Below, piece after piece: positions 29,976 to 39,244 of a stretch of 64,000 bases of DNA. The position numbers and the translations under genes were made by a program. Source of the stretch: an uncultured Collinsella sp. (GTDB lineage Bacteria > Actinomycetota > Coriobacteriia > Coriobacteriales > Coriobacteriaceae); contig CATWSG010000005.1 of assembly GCA_958353395.1 (NCBI GenBank), positions 6,985-70,984 of the forward strand. Reading direction: 5' to 3'. How positions within the stretch are numbered: the first letter of the stretch is position 1; every line of letters starts with the position of its first letter. Under the pieces are notes generated by a model. It was not told where the DNA came from, searched no databases, and saw only the letters and a program-made list of their open reading frames with translations.

Positions 29976-31406
29976 TTACTTTGCCCCGTGGCCCATCTCG
30001 ACGACCTTGGTCAGCGATCCAAACACGCCCTCGTCGGCCACAAGCTGCGACTCGGCACGCTGCAGCTGCACGGCAACGGCGGCAGGGGCGGTACCGCCCT
30101 CGGTCGTGCGCGCGGCGACAATCGATGGGATGTCGAGCGCCTCGGTAATGTCGCGCTCAAAGAGCGGGCTTGCCTCCTGGAACACCTCAAACGGCAGGTC
30201 CTCAAGATTGCAGCCGCGCTTCTCGCACATCAGGACCAGATGCCCCACCACAGCGTGTGCCTCGCGGAACGGCAGGCCACGCTTAGCCAGGTAATCGGCA
30301 ACATCGGTGGCGGCAAGGTGTCCCACGCCGCACTCGCGCGCCATGACATCCTCGTTGACGGTCCAAGTCGAAATCATTCCGGCCATAACCGACAGGCACT
30401 GCATGAGCGTGTGAGCGGTATCGAGCGCGCCCTCCTTGTCCTCCTGCAAGTCCTTGTTATAAGCGAGCGGCAGGCCCTTCATGGTCACGAGCAGCTGCAC
30501 CAGGTTGCCGTACACGCGACCGCTCTTGCCGCGGATAAGCTCGGCAAAGTCGGGGTTCTTCTTCTGCGGCATGATAGACGAGCCGGTGGAGTACGAGTCG
30601 GAAAGCGTGATAAAGCCAAATTCGGAGCTCGACCACAGCACGATCTCCTCGGAAAGACGCGACAGGTGCATCGCCATGACGGAGCCGGCGTAATGCAGGT
30701 CGAGCAGGAAATCACGGTCGGAAACCGCATCGAGTGAGTTAGGAATCACGCCCGCAAAGCCAAGCTCGGCAGCCGTCATCTGGCGATCGAGCGGATAGCT
30801 CGTGCCGGCAAGCGCGGCAGCACCCAGCGGACAGCTGTCGGCGGCATCAAAGGCGGCCTTCAAGCGTGTAAAGTCGCGCGCGAACATCCAGGAATACGCC
30901 AGCAGATGATGCGACAGCAGCACGGGCTGAGCATGCTGCATGTGCGTGTAACCCGGAAGAATCACCTTGTCGTACTTCTTGGCCGCATCCACCAGCACAT
31001 GACGCAGCTCAAGATTGGCCTCCATGAGCTCTTTGGCCAGCGCCTTGACGCCCAGGCGTGTATCGGTCGCCACCTGGTCGTTGCGCGAACGCCCAGTATG
31101 CAAGCGCTTACCGGCCTCTCCGATGCGGCGCGTCAGCTCGCTCTCGATGGACATATGAATGTCCTCGTCGTTGATATCGAAGGTGAAGTTGCCGGCATCG
31201 ATATCCTGTTCGATTCCGGTCAGACCCTCGGTAATCGCCTGCTCGTCCTCGGCACTGATGATGCCCTGGGCGGACAGCATCTTGGCATGTGCCTTAGAGC
31301 CGGCGATATCCTGCTTATAGAGATGTTTGTCGACCGGCAGCGACGCGCCAAACTCCTGCGTGACCTCGGCCACGCCCGCCTCAAAACGACCGCCCCAAAG
31401 AGCCAT
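29976..31406 (-). CDS. argH: Argininosuccinate lyase
   Basis: MALWGGRF, HTGRSRNDQVATD, GYTHMQHAQP, STGSSIMPQKKNPD, YNKDLQEDK. Confidence 0.97.
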   Translation of the reverse strand: MALWGGRFEAGVAEVTQEFGASLPVDKHLYKQDIAGSKAHAKMLSAQGIISAEDEQAITEGLTGIEQDIDAGNFTFDINDEDIHMSIESELTRRIGEAGKRLHTGRSRNDQVATDTRLGVKALAKELMEANLELRHVLVDAAKKYDKVILPGYTHMQHAQPVLLSHHLLAYSWMFARDFTRLKAAFDAADSCPLGAAALAGTSYPLDRQMTAAELGFAGVIPNSLDAVSDRDFLLDLHYAGSVMAMHLSRLSEEIVLWSSSEFGFITLSDSYSTGSSIMPQKKNPDFAELIRGKSGRVYGNLVQLLVTMKGLPLAYNKDLQEDKEGALDTAHTLMQCLSVMAGMISTWTVNEDVMARECGVGHLAATDVADYLAKRGLPFREAHAVVGHLVLMCEKRGCNLEDLPFEVFQEASPLFERDITEALDIPSIVAARTTEGGTAPAAVAVQLQRAESQLVADEGVFGSLTKVVEMGHGAK

Positions 31407-31740
31407 GGAACCGTCCCCTTTCATCAAATACCAAAACAAGCGCCCAAAGCAATGCGCCATGTCGCTAAAGCGATTTTTCAACCGCTAGTTTTACACATTC
31501 CCCACTGCATGCGAGGCCATGTAGCTAATTTGCAAAGAAGTGACGCACCATGCACTTGGCACCCAACGTCTCCCTCCGGATGTTGCCCTGCGAACCGTCA
31601 ATCCAAGCCTTCAGGCTCATAGGGACGTCCTCGACCTTTGCAGCATCGAGCTCGGGCGCGAGGGCAAGTAAAGCATGCGCGATGACATTGAACATATTGG
31701 ATATTCCTCATATATAGGCGCAAGGCCGACAAATTGATAG

Positions 31741-31773
31741 AAAGAGCCCCGCCGGACAACCCCGGCGGGGCTC
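31741..31773 (-). terminator. Intrinsic terminator downstream of argG
   Basis: Minus strand GAGCCCCGCCGG-ggttgt-CCGGCGGGGCTC followed by TTTCT. Confidence 0.65.
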
Positions 31774-31926
31774 GGACTCAGCCGCAAGCGCGGCGTCATA
31801 TATGCGGGCGGAACGTAGGGGCCACCGATGTTAAGAAGTGTCAGCAAGCATAACGAAAGGTAGGGACCCCGTGCGCCCGTTTTGTATCACGCGGATGGGC
31901 CGCGCGGATACCAAAGGAAGGAGGCG

Positions 31927-33153
31927 CTAGGCCTGGGCGGCAGCAGAGCTGGGGCCCTGGACCTTTGCCCACGTCTTGAGCGACAGCGTATCGATCTCGA
32001 TAAAGCCGGCGCTGGCCTTCTCGTCAAACGTGGTGTCGCGGTCGTAGGTAGCCAGACCGTAGTCGTAGAGGCTGAAGGGGCTCTTGCGGCCGACGACATG
32101 GCAGTTGCCCTTAAAGAACTTCAGGCGAACGGTGCCGGTCACGAACTTCTGGGTGTCGGCCATAAAGGCGTCGAGCGCGTTCTTGAGCGGGCTGTACCAC
32201 TGGCCGTTATACACGGCGGTGGCCCAATCCTGCTCGAGCTTGATCTTGGTCTTGAGCAGGTCGCCCTCGACGCAAATGTCCTCGAGCGCCTTGTGGGCGG
32301 TGATGAGCGTCAGGGCGCCGGGAACCTCATAGCACTCGCGGCTCTTGAGGCCCACCAGACGGTCCTCAACCAGGTCGAGACGGCCAAAGCCGTTGTCGCC
32401 CGAAATCTTGTTGAGGGCGATGACGATCTCGGAGAGCTTCATCTTCTTGCCGTCGACGGCGACGGGCTTGCCGGCCTCAAACTCAATCTCGGTATACGTC
32501 GGGGTGTCGGGCGTGTCCTCGGGATTCTTGGTCATAACCCAAGCGTCGTCGAGCGGCTCGTTCCAGGGATCCTCCAGGTGGCCGCACTCAATGGCACGAC
32601 CCCACAGGTTGTCGTCGATGGAATAGGGGTTGTCGTTGGCACCCTCGGGAACCGGCACGTTGTGAGCGTGGGCATAGGCGACCTCGTCGGGACGGCACTT
32701 CAGATCCCACTCGCGAACCGGGGCGATAACCTTGAGCTCGGGGTCGAGGGCCTTGACGGCAGCCTCAAAACGGACCTGGTCGTTACCCTTTCCGGTGCAG
32801 CCGTGTGCGACGTAGGTCGCGCCAAACTCGTGAGCGACCTCGACAAGCTTCTTGGCGAGCAGCGGGCGAGACAGGGCGGAAAGCAGCGGGTACTTGTTCT
32901 CGTACATGGAGTTTGCGGCGATGGCCTTGGTCAGGAACTCATCGGAGAACTCGTCGCGCAGGTCGAGCACCTGGCAATCGAGAACGCCCAGGTCGAGCGC
33001 CTTCTGCTTCTTGGCATCCAGGCCGGTCTCCTCCTGGCCAACGTTGCCGCAGACGCAAACGACATCGAGATTCTTCTCGTCCTGGAGCCACTTGACACAT
33101 ACGGATGTATCAAGACCACCGGAATATGCGAGAACGACTTTTTCCTTGCTCAT
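31927..33153 (-). CDS. argG: Argininosuccinate synthase
   Basis: VLAYSGGLDTS, HGCTGKGNDQVRFE, SIDDNLWGRAIECG, VGLKSRECYE; start MSKEK after GAAAGGA SD. Confidence 0.97.
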   Translation of the reverse strand: MSKEKVVLAYSGGLDTSVCVKWLQDEKNLDVVCVCGNVGQEETGLDAKKQKALDLGVLDCQVLDLRDEFSDEFLTKAIAANSMYENKYPLLSALSRPLLAKKLVEVAHEFGATYVAHGCTGKGNDQVRFEAAVKALDPELKVIAPVREWDLKCRPDEVAYAHAHNVPVPEGANDNPYSIDDNLWGRAIECGHLEDPWNEPLDDAWVMTKNPEDTPDTPTYTEIEFEAGKPVAVDGKKMKLSEIVIALNKISGDNGFGRLDLVEDRLVGLKSRECYEVPGALTLITAHKALEDICVEGDLLKTKIKLEQDWATAVYNGQWYSPLKNALDAFMADTQKFVTGTVRLKFFKGNCHVVGRKSPFSLYDYGLATYDRDTTFDEKASAGFIEIDTLSLKTWAKVQGPSSAAAQA

Positions 33154-33359
33154 GGCTGTTTCCTTTCGCCCTTGGTAGCTAGTTAGAACATCGGTCAGTT
33201 GCAAGTCATTTCAAGGTCAAATACCGTGCAATATCAGGTTATTCAGCAGAATGCATCACAGGCATGCCCTAGAAACATGCGGCTATGTCGTGCTTAAAAC
33301 CCAACGACCTCAAAATGACTCTGTTGAGGCAATTCGCCCCATGCGGACAGAGACGATTG

Positions 33360-33434
33360 TTATCGTCGTCGGGAAATTGCGCGCTGGCGTCGGATGGCAT
33401 TGTCTGCAGTGGTGATGATCTTTACGAACTGCAT
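33360..33434 (-). CDS. Putative arginine-rich leader peptide MQFVKIITTADNAIRRQRAISRRR upstream of argG
   Basis: SD AAAGGAG upstream of ATG (33434); 6 Arg in the last 10 codons, four of them CGA, ending CGA CGA CGA TAA. Confidence 0.65.
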   Translation of the reverse strand: MQFVKIITTADNAIRRQRAISRRR

Positions 33435-33708
33435 CTGCCTCTCCTTTCACGTATCGCCGGGCGCAATTCTAATATCGTAAACGGTACCTTTTCCTCGGTA
33501 AGCGGTTGTTTTGCCGTCTCCGTTTTCGATGTTCGCTATATTACGCTAAAGTGCCAGCAGCACAAGCGACAAATTCAAATTTCTGAAAAGTTTTTTCATT
33601 AGTTTGTGAAGCGTGGTGCAAATACACTCCGTTCCTGCGAAAATACGACCGACTACGAGTTGATGGTTATAACGTCTGAAACAATCTCGAAACGAAAGGC
33701 GCATTTTT

Positions 33709-34536
33709 ATGCAAACTTACGAATCGGACGCCAACATCGGCAACATTAAGATTCTCGCCGTCGATATGGACAAGACGCTGCTGACCGACGAGCGTGTGCT
33801 GCCCCAGGGTCTTGATGAGCGCCTGGACAAGCTCGCCGACGCCGGCATCGTATTCTGCCCCGCCAGCGGACGTCCCGCCCCCAAGCTCGAGGAGATGTTC
33901 GAGGGCATCAAAAACCGCCTCGCTTTTTGTCCCGACAACGGAGCCTGCGTCATCTATCGCGGCAACTATATCTATAAGAGCAATATCGACGTGGCGCTGT
34001 ATCAGCAGGTGCTCGCTCGTGCCTCGGAGGATCCGCGCGCCGTCCCCGTCCTGTGCTGCTTCGACGAGTTTTACGTGCTTGCCCGCGACCATAAATACCA
34101 CGACGAGATCAGCGTCTACTACAACACAATCAACTACGTCGACAGCTTTGAGGGCCTTGATATCGAGTCCAACAAGATCTCGATCTTCTTCCCCGCCTAT
34201 GATGCGGAGCCCGCATTCCGCGAGACCTATAGCCCCGAGTTCTCGGACAAGCTCTACGTCACCAACGCCGGGCGCGAGTGGATCGACTTTATGAACCTGG
34301 GTGTCGACAAGGGCGCCGGCGTCGCGCATCTGTGCGAGCATCTGGGCATCGATATTGCCGACGCCGCTGCCGTGGGCGATACGTACAACGACATCCCCAT
34401 GCTGGAGCGCGTCGGCCACAGCTTTATCGTGGACAATGCCGAGGAGCACATGAACGCGCACGCCAAGTGGCGCATTCCGAGCAACAACGACGGGGGCGTA
34501 CTGACGCTCATCGACGCCATCCTGGCGGCTCGTTAA
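33709..34536 (+). CDS. Cof-type HAD-IIB family phosphatase
   Basis: AVDMDKTLL, ASGR, DNGA, VDKGAG, GDTYNDIPML. Confidence 0.9.
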   Translation: MQTYESDANIGNIKILAVDMDKTLLTDERVLPQGLDERLDKLADAGIVFCPASGRPAPKLEEMFEGIKNRLAFCPDNGACVIYRGNYIYKSNIDVALYQQVLARASEDPRAVPVLCCFDEFYVLARDHKYHDEISVYYNTINYVDSFEGLDIESNKISIFFPAYDAEPAFRETYSPEFSDKLYVTNAGREWIDFMNLGVDKGAGVAHLCEHLGIDIADAAAVGDTYNDIPMLERVGHSFIVDNAEEHMNAHAKWRIPSNNDGGVLTLIDAILAAR

Positions 34537-34543
34537 ACTCGCC

Positions 34544-34669
34544 GCCATGCCCGGGGCCGGCCGTTTGATTTTTGTTCGGTCAGGTCCTGGGCTCGCTCGA
34601 AGAGCACATTAAGTGCTCTTCGGCTCGTGCGGAACCTACAAAAATCAAACGGCCGGCCCCGGGCATGGC
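34544..34669. repeat. Long palindrome with 32-bp perfect arms and an inner hairpin
   Basis: GCCATGCCCGGGGCCGGCCGTTTGATTTTTGT...ACAAAAATCAAACGGCCGGCCCCGGGCATGGC; inner CGAAGAGCAC/GTGCTCTTCG. Confidence 0.8.
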
Positions 34670-34803
34670 TACGTTGACTTGCTTGCCGCCTGGATGGCGT
34701 CTTGGCGTCTAGATACTTGGCTGATTTTTTGGAATGAAGGGGGCTCCTTGTTGGCAAGGAGCCCCCTTCTGCTTTTGGTTACTTTGGGGTTGTTGGAGCG
34801 TCT

Positions 34804-37554
34804 TTATTTGGCGTCGGCCCAGGTTATGCCGGTGCTAGCTTCGGCGATCAACGGTACGCGGAGGTCTACTACGTGCTCCATGACGTCGCGGACCATGGCG
34901 GTGAGGCGCTCGACTTCGTCGACGGGGCACTCAAAGTCCAGTTCGTCGTGTACCTGCAGAATCATATGGGCGGCAAAGCCCTCTTCTTCCAGGCGGCGGC
35001 TTACGCGGGCCATGGCGATCTTGATGATGTCAGCCGCGGTGCCCTGCATGGGGTGGTTCATGGCCGTGCGCTCGCCAAAGCCGCGGAGCTGTGGGTTTTT
35101 GGCCTTGAGCTCGGGAATATGGCGCCGGCGACCATACATGGTCTCGGCATAGCCCGTCTGCTTGGCGCGCGCCACCACGTTGTCGAGGAACGTTCGCACG
35201 CCCGGGTAGGCCTCGTAGTAGCGGTCGATCATGCCACGCGCCTCGGCCATCGAGATATGCAGCGACTGCGACAGACCATAGGCCTGCTGGCCGTACACAA
35301 TGCCAAAGTTCACGGCCTTGGCGCGGCTGCGCAGGTCGGGTGTCACCTCGGACACCGGAACGCCAAATACGCGCGCGGCCGTCTCGGCATGGAAGTCCTC
35401 ACCCTCGTTAAAGGCACGTACCAGATGCTCGTCACCCGAGAGGTGCGCGAGCAGACGCAGCTCGATCTGCGAGTAGTCCACCGCCAAAAAGACACTGCCC
35501 TCGCCTGCCGAAAACGCCGTCTTGACGGTGCGGCCCAACTCAGAGCGCGTCGGGATGTTCTGCAAGTTCGGGTCGCTCGAGGACAGACGCCCCGTCGCGG
35601 TGATGGTCTGGTTGTACGTGGTGTGCACACGACCGTCACCACGGCGCAGCGGACCTAGCGTGTCCAGATAGGTCGACTTAATCTTGGACTTCTCACGCCA
35701 GTCCAAAATCAGACGCACGATCTCGTGGTCGCGGGCAAGATCGCTCAACACCTTGGCGTTGGTCGAATAATAGCCGCGCTTAGTCTTCTTGAGGCCCTTG
35801 GTCGGAAGCCCCATCACATCAAACAGCACGTGCGAGAGTTGCATGGGGCTGCCGATGTTAAAGGTCTCGTCACCGGCAAGGTCGCGAATGCTTCGCTCGA
35901 CCTCGGCAATCTGGGTCGCCAGGCCCTCGGACAGACTGTGCAGGCGGTCGGGGTCCACGAGCATGCCCGCGCGCTCCATCTTGGCAAGTACCGGAACGAG
36001 CGGCATCTCGATGCCATCGAACACGTTGGCGGCGTTCTCACGGGCCATGCACTCGCGCAACGGCGCCACGAGCGCCAGCGTCAGGGCCGCAGTACGGGCG
36101 GCAGGCGCCGGAGCGTCCTCACCGGCACCCTCTGCGCCGCGCGCCGCAGGCAGCGCCATCTGCAGATAGGTATCGGCCAGATATGCCTCATCGAACTCGG
36201 AGCGATCGGAATCCAACAGGTAGGCGGCAACAACGGTATCGAAGATGCGCGTGGAATCGACTGCCAGCGGATCCATGAGCTCGGGCTCAGAGGAATCGAT
36301 AGGCGAAAGCTCGTGCAGCAGCGCCTTCATATCCGGGCTCGCCACGCGGCCCTCCATAAACAGGCGCGCGAGCACGCCGGCAATCACGCCGTAGACGAAG
36401 CTGAAGCCCTCAACCTCAGCCGCCGCACCGCCGTCGCCCTCCTCGAGCGCGAACAGGCCCTTGGACGTCGCCAGCCACAGCGTGCGTGTCAGCCCAAAGA
36501 GCGCGCCCTCTTCCTTGTCGTCGTCCACCACGGCGGCGACCCACTCGCCGGCATCAATCGCGCGGGAAATCTCAGCCGCAACGGCACCAAGCGCGTCAGC
36601 ATCGCCCGCGGCTGCGCGAACCATCGCAGGCATCTCAAACACACTGGAGGCAGCAGCAGCCCCGCCCTCGCCACCGATCAGCGCCAAGAAACGGTTCTGC
36701 ATGGCCGTAATGCCGAGCGTGCCGAGCGCCGCGGAAACCTCATCGGCAGAAAACGCCGGGAAGGACGTCGCCTCAAAATCGAGCTCAACGGGCGCATCGG
36801 TGCGGATGGTCGCCACCTTACGGCTCAGCAGCGCGTCGTCGATGTGCGCGCGCAGGTTTTCGCCCATTTTGCCCTTGACCTCGTCGGCGTGTGCGATGAC
36901 CTCGTCCAGGCTACCGTACTGCGCAATGAGCGCGCTCGCCTTTTTGGGGCCGATGCCCGGCACGCCGGGGATGTTATCGGACGTGTCGCCCTTCAGACCA
37001 TAAAAGTCGGGCACGAGCGCCGGCGTGATGCCGTGATACAGATCGTCCACGCTCTCGGGCGTCATAATCGCCACGTCGGACAAGCCCTTGCGGGTCGAGA
37101 CCACGTTGACGTGCTCGGTCACGAGCTGATACATGTCGCGGTCACCGGTCACCAGCAGCATGTCACAGCCGGCCTGCTCGCCCAGGCGCGCCATAGTGCC
37201 CAGGATGTCATCGCCTTCCCAGCCCTCGGACTGCAAGATCGGCACGTTGAGCGCGGCGAGCAGCTCCTTAATCATGGGAAACTGCGCGTGCAGATCGGGG
37301 TCCATGGGCGGGCGCTGAGCCTTGTACTGCGGCAGCATCTCCATGCGCACGTGCGGCTTGCCCTTGTCAAACGCCACAACAACGCCGTCGGGATTAAAGG
37401 CGTCAACCATCTTGAGGAACATATTCAAAAAGCCAAAAATCGCGTTGGTGGGACGACCGTCCGGCGCGTTCATGGTCGGCGGCACGGCGTGGAAGGCGCG
37501 GTGCATGAGCGAGTTGCCGTCGATGACGGCAAAGGTACGGCGCTTGTCAGACAT
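34804..37554 (-). CDS. polA: DNA polymerase I
   Basis: IDGNSLMHRAFHA 5'-3' exonuclease, GDTSDNIPGVPGIG, TGRLSSSDPNLQNIP, DYSQIELR, AKAVNFGIVYG, LQVHDEL. Confidence 0.97.
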   Translation of the reverse strand: MSDKRRTFAVIDGNSLMHRAFHAVPPTMNAPDGRPTNAIFGFLNMFLKMVDAFNPDGVVVAFDKGKPHVRMEMLPQYKAQRPPMDPDLHAQFPMIKELLAALNVPILQSEGWEGDDILGTMARLGEQAGCDMLLVTGDRDMYQLVTEHVNVVSTRKGLSDVAIMTPESVDDLYHGITPALVPDFYGLKGDTSDNIPGVPGIGPKKASALIAQYGSLDEVIAHADEVKGKMGENLRAHIDDALLSRKVATIRTDAPVELDFEATSFPAFSADEVSAALGTLGITAMQNRFLALIGGEGGAAAASSVFEMPAMVRAAAGDADALGAVAAEISRAIDAGEWVAAVVDDDKEEGALFGLTRTLWLATSKGLFALEEGDGGAAAEVEGFSFVYGVIAGVLARLFMEGRVASPDMKALLHELSPIDSSEPELMDPLAVDSTRIFDTVVAAYLLDSDRSEFDEAYLADTYLQMALPAARGAEGAGEDAPAPAARTAALTLALVAPLRECMARENAANVFDGIEMPLVPVLAKMERAGMLVDPDRLHSLSEGLATQIAEVERSIRDLAGDETFNIGSPMQLSHVLFDVMGLPTKGLKKTKRGYYSTNAKVLSDLARDHEIVRLILDWREKSKIKSTYLDTLGPLRRGDGRVHTTYNQTITATGRLSSSDPNLQNIPTRSELGRTVKTAFSAGEGSVFLAVDYSQIELRLLAHLSGDEHLVRAFNEGEDFHAETAARVFGVPVSEVTPDLRSRAKAVNFGIVYGQQAYGLSQSLHISMAEARGMIDRYYEAYPGVRTFLDNVVARAKQTGYAETMYGRRRHIPELKAKNPQLRGFGERTAMNHPMQGTAADIIKIAMARVSRRLEEEGFAAHMILQVHDELDFECPVDEVERLTAMVRDVMEHVVDLRVPLIAEASTGITWADAK

Positions 37555-37720
37555 ATTGAATACCTCGCTTTGGGCTGGGCACGGTTTGCTCACACCAGTT
37601 TACACGCTCTCCGCCCCGCGGCCACCGCACATCAGGCTTCCCTGCCGCCGTGAGCCCGCGCGTGATACGATGGCTCACGGTACATCAACCAGCACGATCG
37701 ATCCGAAAGGAGCCTGCGTC

Positions 37721-39118
37721 ATGGAGCGTCCCTGCGCATGGAAAAAGTACACGCCACAACAGATCGAGGAACTCGAGGAACTTTGCCGCGGCTATAAGCA
37801 GTTTTTGAGTGAGAACAAGACCGAGCGCCTGTGCGTCAAGACCGGTATCAAGATGGCCGAGGAGGCGGGCTACGTCAATCTGGAGACCGTGATCGCCGAG
37901 GGCCGCGCGCTCAAGGCAGGCGACAAGGTGTACGCCGCCAACCACGGCAAGGACCTTATGCTCGTCAACCTGGGCACCGCCCCGCTCGAGCAGGGCTTTA
38001 ACATCCTGGGCGCCCACGTGGACTCGCCGCGCCTAGACCTTAAGCAGAACCCCGCTTTCGAGGCCGGCGACATGGCCTATCTCGACACGCACTACTATGG
38101 CGGCGTCAAGAGCTACCACTGGGTAGCCTCCCCGCTCGCACTCGTGGGCGTCATCTGCAAAAAGGACGGCACCACCGTCGACATCAACATCGGCGACAAG
38201 GCAGACGACCCGGTCTTTACCATCTCCGACCTGCTGATCCACCTCTCGAGTGAGCAGATGTCCAAGCCTGCCAAGGACGCCGTCGATGCCGAGATCCTCG
38301 ACGTGATCGTGGGCGGCCGTCCCGTCAAGTTTGACGAGGACGACAAGGACGCCCCCAAGGAGCCCGTCAAGCAGATGTTCCTGGACATCCTCAAGGAGCA
38401 GTACGACGTCGAGGAGGAGGACTTCCTCTCCGCCGAGATCGAGGTCGTGCCCGCCGGCCCCGCCCGCGACATGGGCCTCGACCGTTCCATGATTCTGGGC
38501 TATGGCCACGACGACCGCGTCTGCGCCTACCCCTCCATGCTCGCCCAGATCAATGTGGCCAACGTGGAGCGCACGAGCATCACGCTCATCGTCGACAAGG
38601 AGGAGATCGGCTCCGTGGGTGCCACCGGTATGACGAGCCGCTTCTTCGAGAACACCGTCGCCGAGATCATGACGCTCGCCGGCGAGGATAGCCCGCTGGC
38701 CCTGCGCCGCGCGCTCGCCCGCAGCCGTATGCTCTCCTCTGACGTGTCCGCCGGCTTCGATCCGGGCTACGCCGGCAAGTTCGAGACCAAGAACGCCGCC
38801 TTTATGGGTCGCGGCCTGTGCTTCAACAAGTACACGGGCAGTCGCGGCAAGGGTGGCTCCAACGACGCCGACGCCGAGTACGTGGCCCTCGTCCGCGACA
38901 TCATGGACGAGGCAGGCGTAGACTTCCAGACCTGCGAGCTCGGCCGTGTCAACGCGGGCGGCGGCGGCACCATCGCCTACATCATGGCCAAGTACGGCAT
39001 GAACGTCATCGACTCCGGCGTTGCCGTCCTGTCCATGCACGCCCTGTGGGAGGTTGCCAACAAGGCCGATATCTACGAGGCCTACCGCGGCTACAAGGCC
39101 TTCCTCGAGCGCGCCTAA
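37721..39118 (+). CDS. M18 family aminopeptidase
   Basis: GAHVDSPRLDLK, HYYGG, GHDDRVC, DKEEIGS, GGGGTIA, SMH; AAAGGAG SD. Confidence 0.92.
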   Translation: MERPCAWKKYTPQQIEELEELCRGYKQFLSENKTERLCVKTGIKMAEEAGYVNLETVIAEGRALKAGDKVYAANHGKDLMLVNLGTAPLEQGFNILGAHVDSPRLDLKQNPAFEAGDMAYLDTHYYGGVKSYHWVASPLALVGVICKKDGTTVDINIGDKADDPVFTISDLLIHLSSEQMSKPAKDAVDAEILDVIVGGRPVKFDEDDKDAPKEPVKQMFLDILKEQYDVEEEDFLSAEIEVVPAGPARDMGLDRSMILGYGHDDRVCAYPSMLAQINVANVERTSITLIVDKEEIGSVGATGMTSRFFENTVAEIMTLAGEDSPLALRRALARSRMLSSDVSAGFDPGYAGKFETKNAAFMGRGLCFNKYTGSRGKGGSNDADAEYVALVRDIMDEAGVDFQTCELGRVNAGGGGTIAYIMAKYGMNVIDSGVAVLSMHALWEVANKADIYEAYRGYKAFLERA

Positions 39119-39153
39119 CCAGCCCTCGTAAAACGAGCCCAATCAGCCCTTCA

Positions 39154-39223
39154 TAACTTGCGGTGAAATACGGATTCATTAGGCCTTCCAACAGGGAAAG
39201 CAGTCAGCATTTCACCGCAACTT
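39154..39223. repeat. Palindromic repeat family B, degenerate copy
   Basis: TTGCGGTGAAAT...ATTTCACCGCAA arms, same as 18221-18291. Confidence 0.7.
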
Positions 39224-39244
39224 TTTTAGCGGGAGGAGGATTCC

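Noticed and set aside
31855..31915. GGGACCCCGTGCGCCCG segment resembling the end of an SRP RNA
   Set aside because: The conserved SRP helix-8 motif (CAGG...GGAA...AGCAG) is absent
33236..33260. Possible ARG box (TTATTCAGCAGAATGCATCA) upstream of argG
   Set aside because: Half-sites do not fit the TGMAT-N4-ATKCA spacing and orientation
37322..37720. N-terminal extension of the M18 peptidase in the ORF track
   Set aside because: Overlaps polA on the opposite strand; an SD supports the ATG at 37721
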